Origin: a virus
Taxonomy: Duplodnaviria > Heunggongvirae > Uroviricota > Caudoviricetes
IMG/VR virus record: IMGVR_UViG_2718217859_000003
Length of the DNA stretch: 10,302 nucleotides
Strand: one strand, 5' to 3'
Made by a program: the position numbers and the translations under genes
Notes under the pieces: model-generated
The model's input: only the letters and a program-made list of their open reading frames with translations
Database searches by the model: none
What the model was told of the DNA's origin: nothing
Shown here: one piece after another, positions 1-7,242 of the stretch
Position numbering within the stretch: the first letter of the stretch is position 1
Layout: each line of letters starts with the position of its first letter

Positions 1-372
1 TTACTTCCTGCGTTTATCCCGCTTTGTATGTCCGTGCTGAATGCCCCGCAGTGGATCTTCTTTTTTCAGGTCGATCCCCATGTCCGTTAGTGTTTTTGTG
101 GCGGCGGTTCTTATGGCACAAATCAGGTCTCTTTCCGGTTCCCGGGTTATGGTTGCCTTCCGGATACATGCCGTTCGTCGTTCCGTTACATACTGACGCG
201 CTTCATCACTTGCCGCCTGTTTCAGTAACTCACCCCAGCGATTAGCCGCCCGTCGCCATAAACCTTTCGCTTCCAGTTCTTCCGCTTTGTCATCATGCAC
301 CATAAGCATAATCCCATTGATACCTGTTAAATCTGAATGGTTGGTTTCCGTTCTTTTGATAATTTCCCTCAT
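1..372 (-). CDS. PerC-family transcriptional activator-like protein (start codon ambiguous: ATG at 372, 309 or 303)
   Basis: Complete ORF with stop at 1-3. The motif EELEAKGLWRRAANRW resembles the conserved core I recall for PerC/Pch-type activators. No clear SD upstream of the ATG at 372, so the true start may be an internal Met. Confidence 0.5.
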   Translation of the reverse strand: MREIIKRTETNHSDLTGINGIMLMVHDDKAEELEAKGLWRRAANRWGELLKQAASDEARQYVTERRTACIRKATITREPERDLICAIRTAATKTLTDMGIDLKKEDPLRGIQHGHTKRDKRRK

Positions 373-384
373 AGCTTATTGTAT

Positions 385-396
385 GACAGTACTGTC
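385..396. promoter_or_regulatory. Perfect 12-bp palindrome GACAGTACTGTC in the divergent region between the PerC-like gene and the 416-715 gene
   Basis: Read directly from sequence; the position suits an operator overlapping divergent promoters. Confidence 0.35.
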
Positions 397-415
397 CCAC
401 AATAAGGAATCACAC

Positions 416-715
416 ATGAGAATGACCAGGCACAAAAAACAGATTCTTGAACTTTACAAACCTGAGTATCGCGATTGGGTGCGGGTGGAGGCCGGAGATC
501 CGCCTTTTGATGTTCGTGGTGTGACAGTGCTGCTCTATGGTTCCGAATATCAGCGATATCACATAGAGGCAACCCGACGAACGTTAAACGCTATGGTAAA
601 TGATGGGATCCTGTACCGCGTGAAAGTGCGCGAACCCCGCTTTGATGTGCGTATCGGTAGCGATGGCGCTCACTGTACGGTAATCCGGTACGGGCTGGGT
701 AAATCAGATGATTAA
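416..715 (+). CDS. Hypothetical protein, 99 aa, possible winged-helix DNA-binding fold
   Basis: ATG at 416 is preceded by AAGGAA (404-409). The longer track ORF from 287 would overlap the PerC-like gene and lacks an RBS. The fold guess rests on the segment ATRRTLNAMVNDGILYRVKV and is weak. Confidence 0.5.
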   Translation: MRMTRHKKQILELYKPEYRDWVRVEAGDPPFDVRGVTVLLYGSEYQRYHIEATRRTLNAMVNDGILYRVKVREPRFDVRIGSDGAHCTVIRYGLGKSDD

Positions 716-720
716 ATCAC

Positions 721-817
721 CAGAATGTAAATTTACATTCTGCCAGCCACCAGCTACAGAACGCAAATTTGCACTTTGCTGAAATATTAACGGGTTAGGC
801 CAGAGTGCAAATTTGCA
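721..817. promoter_or_regulatory. Triad of related AAATTT-centred palindromes between convergent genes
   Basis: CAGAATGTAAATTTACATTCTG at 721-742 is a 22-bp perfect palindrome; GCAAATTTGC at 763-772; TGCAAATTTGCA at 806-817. Sites 2 and 3 with their flanks (763-775 and 804-816) are also inverted copies of each other. Confidence 0.5.
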
Positions 818-838
818 TTATGCTTTAACTTCAGCAAG

Positions 839-1120
839 TTACCGCCGTAACCGCTCCGGCTTCTTCCACTGGTACGTTATTTTGGCTTTTTCCCTGTACG
901 TCTGTATCCGGCGACGGTAGGCCAGCATTTCAAGAACGCGGATCCGTATGTCGCGCATATCCGCATCATTAAGCTGGATACCATCACGGTGCATCACCTC
1001 AGCAACCACACGAACATAATTTTCTGCGGTCACGCTGTCCGGCTGCGTGGCCTGTTCGTCAGCCTGCTGGTTGATTCCGGCGACGCGGCGGATTAATCGC
1101 AGTAGTTCGGTTTCTGTCAT
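839..1120 (-). CDS. Hypothetical protein, 93 aa
   Basis: ATG at 1120 with a GGGGG SD-like run upstream on the minus strand. It sits immediately downstream of repeat copy A. No recognisable motif. Confidence 0.5.
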   Translation of the reverse strand: MTETELLRLIRRVAGINQQADEQATQPDSVTAENYVRVVAEVMHRDGIQLNDADMRDIRIRVLEMLAYRRRIQTYREKAKITYQWKKPERLRR

Positions 1121-1158
1121 TGTGCCCCCATCGCGCTGGTTAAGAAAACAAGCTCAGA

Positions 1159-1375
1159 TTTTTTGTAAAGAATCTGTCACGCTAAAAGATGTCGAACAAA
1201 AAACAACCTTCTCCATCATCTTTTTTGCATCGATTACATTAAAAACAACAGGTTACATACATGATGATGATGACGATAAAATCACAAAAATGCGCTTTTT
1301 TCCGCGCCCGCCCGCCCCGTGTTCATACCCACCCCACCAGGAGGACCCGCAAAAAAGGCGGCTGGTGCCGCCTTG
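1159..1375. repeat. Direct repeat copy A (~220 bp, diverged) flanking the capsid module
   Basis: Aligns block-wise with 3698-3914: TTTTTGTAAA, GAACAAAAAACAACCT, an (ATG)n versus (GTG)n triplet tract, ATAAAATCA-AAAAATGCGC, the identical 20-mer CCGCGCCCGCCCGCCCCGTG (1302-1321), then CCCACC, CCAGGAG and an A-run plus hairpin. Confidence 0.8.
1351..1372 (-). terminator. Rho-independent terminator downstream of the protease-capsid gene
   Basis: On the minus strand: GGCGGC-ACCA-GCCGCC followed by TTTTTT, 7 nt after the stop of the 1379-3268 gene. Confidence 0.65.
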
Positions 1376-1378
1376 TTG

Positions 1379-3268
1379 TCATAGTGAATCGGTACCGCCT
1401 GATTTGACCATACCGCGATAATCCAGAGCGGCCACACCAGCATCAATACGGACTTTCCAGGCCACACCGTCAACGATGAAACCTTCCTGCTGTTCAAGGT
1501 AAGGCTCGTCATTGCCATCAAGATAAGCCACCTCGATTGTGTCCGTTCCCTGTGCGGAAAGCATGTACCATTGTTTTTCGCTGATATCATCAAGGCGGGG
1601 ATCGACGATAATATCCAGTAGTTTGTGATACGGGTTAAAGATCCCGCTGTTTTTATCTGCCCCGAAAGGTGCGGTTGAGTTAATCATCTGCAACGCGCGA
1701 TCTTCCAGTGCTGCCGGAACTAAAAGGAATTTAGGCGCAATATTCAGCACTTCGCCATTTTTGTCCTTCTGTGTGCGCATCAGGTGACGTGCTGCACTAA
1801 GTCCCGGTGTTGTCAGTCCTGCTTCAATCAGGTTGCTGTGTTTTTTGTCAAACAGCGCTATTCCATCAGAAAGTTTTACGTTGCCTGTAAGCACCAGATT
1901 AACCAGATTTCCCACCGTTCTTGATGCTGCACGGCCCATAGCCATTGGCACCGTTGATAACTGATCAAGGTCATCATTGATTATCGCCTGGCGGGTAATG
2001 CTGAAAATATTCCCGTAAGTAGCCAGCGCGATGGGTTCACCGCGATCGCTGGTGGTGATGTATTTATATTCTGCCCCTTCCGGCACTTTGTTTAACGTAG
2101 AGAAACCATTCAGACCAACGCGGCGGGCTTCACGAAAGTTTGAAAGGGAACCTTTTTTCGTCCACTGGCGGAATGTTTCGCCGCTGTGCTCCCAGCCTGC
2201 AAGCACTGATTTTTCAGCACCACCAGCAAGGATATCGGTAAAATCGCTGCTGCTGTGGTTGAATGCCGCGTTTACTATCTGCGAGCGTGTTCCGTAGCTG
2301 CCCGTGCTTATACCACGATGGGTTAATGATGCCTGTGCCATATCGAAAAGGCTCATCATGGCGTAAGGATTACCGCGTTCGGCCCGTTCGTGACCAAGAC
2401 GCGCATTAAGCCCCTGGCGCATTGCATCGCCGGTTATGTTGCCGTTATCCGTGTACGCGTAGTAAAGATTTGCGGGGGTGGTTTTATTTGTTGGCGTTGA
2501 TTCTTTACCCATAGCGAGTAAAAGGCGTTCGCGTGCATTCTCAACGCTACATTCTGAATCAGCAAGACAACTTATAGCCAGGTCGTTATATCTTCCGTTG
2601 AACGTGCCAAACAATTCACGGATGCCGTTAAGTCGTTCCTGTTCGCCACTGCCAGTTTTCTGGCTGATCATGCTTTTAATTTTTTCCGGCATATTTGAAA
2701 AATCTCCGATTCGTTTTGATTCAATTCGGGCCATTGCTGTAATCGCGGGTATAACCTCATCTGCGAAGCCGTTAGCCTTACACTCATTGCCATCCATCCA
2801 GGTTTCCGCCTCCATCATGGCGGTGATTTCCTGTTTGCTCCTGCCCGTTCTTCCGGCGTAGGTTTCAGCCATCGTGTCGCCCAGCTTGTCCATCAGGTCA
2901 GCAAAGCGGCGAACGTCGCCCGACACTCCGGCAGTAACACCACGGGGGGCATGTATCATCATCATTGCGTTTTCAGGCATAACGATGTGATCGCCACACA
3001 TGGCAATAAACGAGGCCATAGAAGCCGCCATGCCTTCAATGTGTACAATTTTCTTTGCCGGATGATTTTTCAGGGCGTTATAGATAGCCAGCCCTTCAAA
3101 GATGTCGCCACCAGGTGAATGGATGCGAAGATGGATTTCAGACGCATTACCACACGCGTTGATCTCGTCAGTAAGTGCCGATGCTTTTACACCGTACCCG
3201 CCGATCTCGTCATAAATGCGCACATAGACAACATCTGCCATAGCCTTAATGGAAAACCATGTTTTCAT
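1379..3268 (-). CDS. Prohead protease (ClpP-like serine protease) fused to an HK97-fold major capsid protein, single 629-aa polypeptide
   Basis: Strong SD (AGGAG, 8 nt upstream of the ATG at 3268). N-terminal third carries ClpP-type motifs: IHSPGGDIFEGLAIYNAL, GMAASMASF (Ser) and MMMIHAP (His). The C-terminal segment FSITRQAIINDDLDQLS resembles the HK97 gp5 stretch ASRQVMDDAPMLQS as I recall it. Confidence 0.8.
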   Translation of the reverse strand: MKTWFSIKAMADVVYVRIYDEIGGYGVKASALTDEINACGNASEIHLRIHSPGGDIFEGLAIYNALKNHPAKKIVHIEGMAASMASFIAMCGDHIVMPENAMMMIHAPRGVTAGVSGDVRRFADLMDKLGDTMAETYAGRTGRSKQEITAMMEAETWMDGNECKANGFADEVIPAITAMARIESKRIGDFSNMPEKIKSMISQKTGSGEQERLNGIRELFGTFNGRYNDLAISCLADSECSVENARERLLLAMGKESTPTNKTTPANLYYAYTDNGNITGDAMRQGLNARLGHERAERGNPYAMMSLFDMAQASLTHRGISTGSYGTRSQIVNAAFNHSSSDFTDILAGGAEKSVLAGWEHSGETFRQWTKKGSLSNFREARRVGLNGFSTLNKVPEGAEYKYITTSDRGEPIALATYGNIFSITRQAIINDDLDQLSTVPMAMGRAASRTVGNLVNLVLTGNVKLSDGIALFDKKHSNLIEAGLTTPGLSAARHLMRTQKDKNGEVLNIAPKFLLVPAALEDRALQMINSTAPFGADKNSGIFNPYHKLLDIIVDPRLDDISEKQWYMLSAQGTDTIEVAYLDGNDEPYLEQQEGFIVDGVAWKVRIDAGVAALDYRGMVKSGGTDSL

Positions 3269-3459
3269 AGCCAGGCTCCTAACGTTGCCCTGTACCAGTA
3301 TTCAACCGCGCTGCGTGTGATTTGTCCTTTCGTGGGTACCGGCATACCCGGGTGATTGTCTTTGATGAACTGCTGATAGCGTTCGATCTTCTCCATAGTT
3401 CCGGCGTCTATGTGTACCGTGGCACTTTTATCCGGCTTTCTGGTGTTGTTCTCTGGCAT
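3265..3459 (-). CDS. Hypothetical small protein (64 aa from ATG at 3459; 75 aa if ATG at 3492), translationally coupled to the protease-capsid gene
   Basis: GGAGG SD 8 nt upstream of the ATG at 3459. Its stop overlaps the capsid start as ATGA at 3265-3268. Confidence 0.5.
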   Translation of the reverse strand: MPENNTRKPDKSATVHIDAGTMEKIERYQQFIKDNHPGMPVPTKGQITRSAVEYWYRATLGAWL

Positions 3460-3541
3460 AAATCCGCCTCCGTTTTGATTAACGGGCATCATTATTGATC
3501 GATAAAAGTAATAGATAAATCATTTTCTACCTGAAAATTAG

Positions 3542-3547
3542 ATTATA
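3542..3547 (-). promoter_or_regulatory. Candidate -10 element (TATAAT on minus strand) for the capsid operon, no good -35
   Basis: Perfect TATAAT on the minus strand in the AT-rich region upstream of the small gene. The missing -35 would fit an activator-dependent promoter. Speculative. Confidence 0.25.
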
Positions 3548-3654
3548 TTTTTTCTGATTATTCTCAGAGAGGCAAAGCCATTGACGCATTTTTGCTATTG
3601 AAGCAATATTAAGACTCGTCATCCTGGCGATAAAAACTCCTTTGTCGTGTAAAA

Positions 3655-3691
3655 GCGCCTCCGGTAACAGCAATCGAGGGCGCTTTTTTTT
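3655..3691 (+). terminator. Rho-independent terminator-like hairpin on the plus strand
   Basis: GCGCCTCCG, an 11-nt loop, then CGAGGGCGC (one mismatch, one GU pair) followed by T8. No plus-strand gene lies upstream, so it may end a small RNA or act bidirectionally. Confidence 0.45.
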
Positions 3692-3697
3692 GCGCCT

Positions 3698-3914
3698 GTT
3701 TTTTTGTAAATGTTTTCGGGAACGCTCCAGTGATGAACAAAAAACAACCTGATTCGACACTAAAAATTTTTATTCCTCAATATATCAATAACTTATAGTG
3801 GTGGTGATGGTGCCATAAAAATCAAAAAATGCGCCTTTTTCCGCGCCCGCCCGCCCCGTGGACAGGCCCACCAAGCCAGGAGTACCTACAAAAAAGCCGG
3901 ATTGCTCCGGCTGT
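3698..3914. repeat. Direct repeat copy B (~220 bp, diverged) flanking the capsid module
   Basis: Same conserved blocks as copy A in the same order and orientation; identical 20-mer CCGCGCCCGCCCGCCCCGTG at 3841-3860. Confidence 0.8.
3890..3911 (-). terminator. Rho-independent terminator downstream of the 3931-4170 gene
   Basis: On the minus strand: GCCGGA-GCAA-TCCGGC followed by TTTTTT. It is positionally homologous to the hairpin in copy A but has a different stem sequence. Confidence 0.65.
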
Positions 3915-3930
3915 GTGCTCACTTCTTCGG

Positions 3931-4170
3931 TTATTCTCCAGCGCTTTTAACGTTGATGGTTGTAACCTGTTCCGCTTCGGCAATCTCCCGCTCTGTCAGC
4001 GTGGCAAAGTTTGCCGCCGTCGTGGTCATGAATGCGCTTATCAGTTCAGGATGTGCTTTCGCGTATCCTTCTCCCGCGTTGCGGTCGATGATTTTTATCG
4101 CCACCCTCAGCCAGTGTTCTGTCAAATCAAGGGCGTGAGATTGTGGTTTTTTTGCGTGCTTCGTTGTCAC
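3931..4170 (-). CDS. Hypothetical protein, 79 aa, GTG start
   Basis: GTG start with GAGGT SD about 7 nt upstream; lies between the iteron cluster and terminator B. No recognisable motif. Confidence 0.5.
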   Translation of the reverse strand: MTTKHAKKPQSHALDLTEHWLRVAIKIIDRNAGEGYAKAHPELISAFMTTTAANFATLTEREIAEAEQVTTINVKSAGE

Positions 4171-4214
4171 AGGCTTTACCTCACAGCAATAAAATAAAAT
4201 TTTTGCATTTTAAC

Positions 4215-4434
4215 CCTTCACCTGTTCACTTTTTGCGATTTTCCCTTTTTATTCATGATGTTAAGTGGTGAACAGTTTCACAAAAACTATTCACCAACTG
4301 TTCACCCTTAAAGCTCAATAAACAATCAAAAAGGTGAACAGTGAATAGTTTGGTGAACAGTTCATAAATAACTGCCCACCCTGTAATATACTGATATAAA
4401 AGACATTTATGACATGGTGAACAGTGGTGAACAG
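4215..4434. repeat. Iteron cluster: putative replication origin (P4 ori/crr-like) bound by the adjacent primase-helicase
   Basis: Six exact copies of the octamer TGTTCACC / GGTGAACA, as GGTGAACAG at 4267, 4333, 4352, 4416 and 4426 and inverted CTGTTCACC at 4298-4306. There is also an 8/9 copy at 4222-4229 and TTCACC half-sites. An AT-rich tract at 4361-4415 separates the tandem pair from the rest. Confidence 0.8.
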
Positions 4435-4447
4435 TTATTCCATAAGT

Positions 4448-6253
4448 TTAATTTTTGCTATCGTCATTAGTGACCGATACACATGATGGCATCCAGTCTT
4501 CTGATTCCTCCTTCAGTGTCACGTTTGAACGCAAACCGTGCTTCGTTTTCCGTTTCATATACTCCCTGCCATATTCCGCCATTGCCCCCGGAATATCTTT
4601 ACCGAAGCGCGTCAGTGTTACAGGCTTACCGAATCCGTGTGCCCTCATATATGCCAGATAGGCGTGATAAAGATACCTGCGCGGACTGAACGGAATAATT
4701 TCGGCATTACCCACTAACAGACCATCACACATTACCGACGACATGAGATAGCCGCAGAAGTCCACCAGCGAATCGCCCTCGCGTTTTATCACCAGAGCTT
4801 CTTCTGATTTCTGCTGCTCATACAGCAAGCGTTTAGCTTCGTCCTGGTCAGAAAAACGAGTAAGCAGGTGGCGAATCACAACCGCCAGCTCTCCTTCTAT
4901 TTTTTCTGCCAGCATGGAGTCGCGTTCGTTTTCCGGTACAACCTCCGAAAAATTGAATATCACCCGACGACGTGAGATCCCCCCGCTGCGGTCACTGAAT
5001 GACATGGCGTTATTGTTCACCGCCAGCACGACCGCCTGAATGCGTGTTGAGTAGGGGGCTTTATGCTTCGGGTCGATTGCCACCTTGTCACCGCCTGTAA
5101 TGGCCTTAATTCCTGCGCCATCACCAGCGTAGCGGGTCATATCCGGCATGATAATCAGCGAAAAGCCAACCACTAACGCGCGTTCCCTGGCATCTTCCAG
5201 CGCCTTCATGCTTGCCGATACCGTGTTGGCCTTACCCGCCAGCATGGTGCAAATCTCCGCCATTACGCTTTTACCGCTCCCACCCGGCCCCGTTACCTCA
5301 AGAAATAACTGCCAGTCGTATCGGTTCGCCAGCACCATGAATAACGCCGCCAGTACGCGATCCGCTTTACGGTCATTCTCTGCCACCGAACGGCGCAACC
5401 ATTTCCAGAAATTCGGCGCATGCGTTGCCAGCGTTTCCCCCTCTGCTGGCGGGCTGAACGGTAATTCACTGGCAATTAACAGCCAGTCGTTTTTGTCATG
5501 CTCCCGAAAATCGCCTGTCCGGGTATCAAAAACACCGTTACTGAATCCAATCAGGTTACGGGCGGTATTCCCCATTACGGGCAAACTTAACTTCATGGTA
5601 TCGACCGCCGATTTGATGGCGTTCTGCGAATAACTAATCTCCGCATCAATAAAAATCTGCGCCATAGCCCGCTGTAACTCTTTATCCTGTACCGGCTCCC
5701 ATACAACGCCGTTGTAGTGGTGAACGGTGTCAGAGTCCGCATTGATTGCCAGTTCACCGCCATAACGTGCCAGGAGAACTTCGCCGCGCTGGCTTGCTCC
5801 CATCTGGTTAAGAGCCAGTGGTGCGGCGTTGTCTTCTGTTTTTTTCTTAACAGGAAGCTGAATAACCAGACCATCAGAAAGATTCTGGCGCTCACGGGCC
5901 AGATATTCGCGCCAGTTTTCCACCTCCTGACCGTGCATTCCCTCAGGGTAATATCTCGCATCCCGTACACCTGCCGCCGCCAGCTTTTGCCCGATGGCAT
6001 TAATATTTGACGGCTTGATGTGGCCTGCCTTGTACAGCCGGACATAATAGCGACCATCGTCGATAATTTTCAGGTCTGCCAGTTCATCAAGCTGGCTGTC
6101 TCCCAGCCATACAGGCGGGACGTTATCGCCAGCAAGTCGCCCGTCCTGTTCCTGCCATTGTTTCGCGTGCGCCCAGGCATCACTACCCGCAAAAATAATG
6201 ACTTCGGTCATTTTGTCGTGCGGCTGTTTTTTTAAGTTTGGTGCCAGTTTCAT
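4448..6253 (-). CDS. Replicative primase-helicase, P4 alpha-like (phage/plasmid primase with P-loop NTPase and C-terminal DNA-binding region)
   Basis: 601-aa ORF with SD-like AGGGG upstream. Walker A motif VTGPGGSGKSV in the middle; the N-terminal region fits a primase domain. Its position directly upstream of the cognate iterons matches P4 alpha and PICI pri-rep genes. Confidence 0.85.
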   Translation of the reverse strand: MKLAPNLKKQPHDKMTEVIIFAGSDAWAHAKQWQEQDGRLAGDNVPPVWLGDSQLDELADLKIIDDGRYYVRLYKAGHIKPSNINAIGQKLAAAGVRDARYYPEGMHGQEVENWREYLARERQNLSDGLVIQLPVKKKTEDNAAPLALNQMGASQRGEVLLARYGGELAINADSDTVHHYNGVVWEPVQDKELQRAMAQIFIDAEISYSQNAIKSAVDTMKLSLPVMGNTARNLIGFSNGVFDTRTGDFREHDKNDWLLIASELPFSPPAEGETLATHAPNFWKWLRRSVAENDRKADRVLAALFMVLANRYDWQLFLEVTGPGGSGKSVMAEICTMLAGKANTVSASMKALEDARERALVVGFSLIIMPDMTRYAGDGAGIKAITGGDKVAIDPKHKAPYSTRIQAVVLAVNNNAMSFSDRSGGISRRRVIFNFSEVVPENERDSMLAEKIEGELAVVIRHLLTRFSDQDEAKRLLYEQQKSEEALVIKREGDSLVDFCGYLMSSVMCDGLLVGNAEIIPFSPRRYLYHAYLAYMRAHGFGKPVTLTRFGKDIPGAMAEYGREYMKRKTKHGLRSNVTLKEESEDWMPSCVSVTNDDSKN

Positions 6254-6549
6254 TTTTTACCCCTGAATCCGTTAATCATGGTTTTCAGCTTCTGGATGTT
6301 TGCCCGTGCCCTGGCGTTGCTGGTGGGCACGTTATGCGGCGCGGTCTGTACCAGAGAAAAATCACGCCGGAACTGATAAACAGGCATCACGCAATCATAT
6401 TCGTAACCTTCACGGCGGTAAGTTACGCACCGTCCCGCCACGCCCTTAATCATTACCGTGCCGCCGTACTGGTCGCGGTAAATATCACCGCGCGTAATTT
6501 TAGGGTGAGTGTTGCCACTGGCAGTTAAGCTAGAATATTTAAGTTTCAT
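6250..6549 (-). CDS. Hypothetical protein, 99 aa, translationally coupled to the primase-helicase
   Basis: Its stop and the primase start overlap as ATGA at 6250-6253. Part of the leftward operon. Confidence 0.55.
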   Translation of the reverse strand: MKLKYSSLTASGNTHPKITRGDIYRDQYGGTVMIKGVAGRCVTYRREGYEYDCVMPVYQFRRDFSLVQTAPHNVPTSNARARANIQKLKTMINGFRGKK

Positions 6550-6555
6550 TATTTT

Positions 6556-6789
6556 TTATTCTCCGGTGTGCTGTTCTTTATATCTGTCGTGCAATTGGTC
6601 TATTTCTTGTAGCTCCATTATTACAGGCTCAAGAAGCGTTATTAATGATGTAATAATCCGCGTTTTTTTTGCATTACGTTCATTATCGCCAAAGGATTCA
6701 AGGCACATCCGCAATATTTCCATCATGTTTTCACTGTGAGAAAGTGCAAGTGATGCGCGGTCTATTGTTTCAAGATAAATATCACGCAT
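6556..6789 (-). CDS. Hypothetical protein, 77 aa
   Basis: ATG at 6789 with GGACGGGG SD-like sequence 7 nt upstream; 6-nt gap to the next gene. Confidence 0.5.
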   Translation of the reverse strand: MRDIYLETIDRASLALSHSENMMEILRMCLESFGDNERNAKKTRIITSLITLLEPVIMELQEIDQLHDRYKEQHTGE

Positions 6790-6813
6790 ATTAATCCCCG
6801 TCCGTTGTTTTTC

Positions 6814-7242
6814 TTAAAACAGCTTCGTCACGAAATCAGCATAGTTAGCGGCAATATCAAGAATATTTAGCCCTGTATCTCTGTGCTCATCAGTGCAAAG
6901 AAAGAAAAAAGCCACCCGCATAATTTCAGATATTGACGAAAGCGCATCAGCCGCATCATCAGGAACGCCGGAAAATTCCTGTTTCAGGGCATTAAAACGA
7001 TCATCACGCATAACCCCCCCATTTTCACAATCAGCAATCAGGATGGCTTTAGCCTCATTCAGTGCCATATCAGCGGTAAGCTGTGCGTAGGCCAGCGAAT
7101 GGGGGATTATTGCCCCTGTATATTCCGGCTCTCTGGTAATGTGTTTTTCTGCGGTTGCTGCCGTGCATGAAATATCAATCAGCGCATCCATCAGCGTTTT
7201 GATGGCTTCGGCGGCTGCGTCCGGACGGGGGTTATTGCACAT
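6814..7242 (-). CDS. Hypothetical protein, 142 aa
   Basis: ATG at 7242 with a strong AGGAGG SD 6 nt upstream; overlaps the end of the upstream 68-aa ORF by 11 nt. Confidence 0.6.
   Translation of the reverse strand: MCNNPRPDAAAEAIKTLMDALIDISCTAATAEKHITREPEYTGAIIPHSLAYAQLTADMALNEAKAILIADCENGGVMRDDRFNALKQEFSGVPDDAADALSSISEIMRVAFFFLCTDEHRDTGLNILDIAANYADFVTKLF

Noticed and set aside
1261-1276. Triplet tracts ATGATGATGATGACGATAAA (1261-1280) and GTGGTGGTGATGGTG (3800-3814) that translate like an enterokinase site (DDDDK) or a His-tag in some frames
   Set aside because: They are homologous positions in the two diverged repeat copies, differing by A/G transitions, and lie outside any supported gene. 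They are natural repeat sequence, not engineered tags.
1302-1321. G-quadruplex potential of the GC box (minus strand GGGGCGGGCGGG)
   Set aside because: Only three runs of three or more G are present; the fourth tract is GG, so a canonical four-tract quadruplex is not supported.
1292-1421. Short plus-strand ORFs in both repeat copies with similar peptides (MRFFPRPPAP... in 1047-1421 and MRLFPRPPAP... in 3829-4197)
   Set aside because: The similarity follows from the conserved GC box. Substitutions between copies show no synonymous bias, there is no RBS, and the ORFs overlap real minus-strand genes and their terminators.
2031-2861. Plus-strand ORFs inside the protease-capsid gene (2031-2297, 2478-2861, 3119-3355)
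   Set aside because: Shadow ORFs antisense to a well-supported 629-aa gene, with no RBS and no recognisable motifs. The same applies to 4455-4689, 5148-5633, 5717-6010 and 6020-6235 inside the primase gene, and to 369-572 on the minus strand.
4215-4434. Possibility that the short repeats are a CRISPR array
   Set aside because: The repeats are 8-9 bp, occur in both orientations at irregular spacing and have no unique spacers of regular length. They match replication iterons instead.
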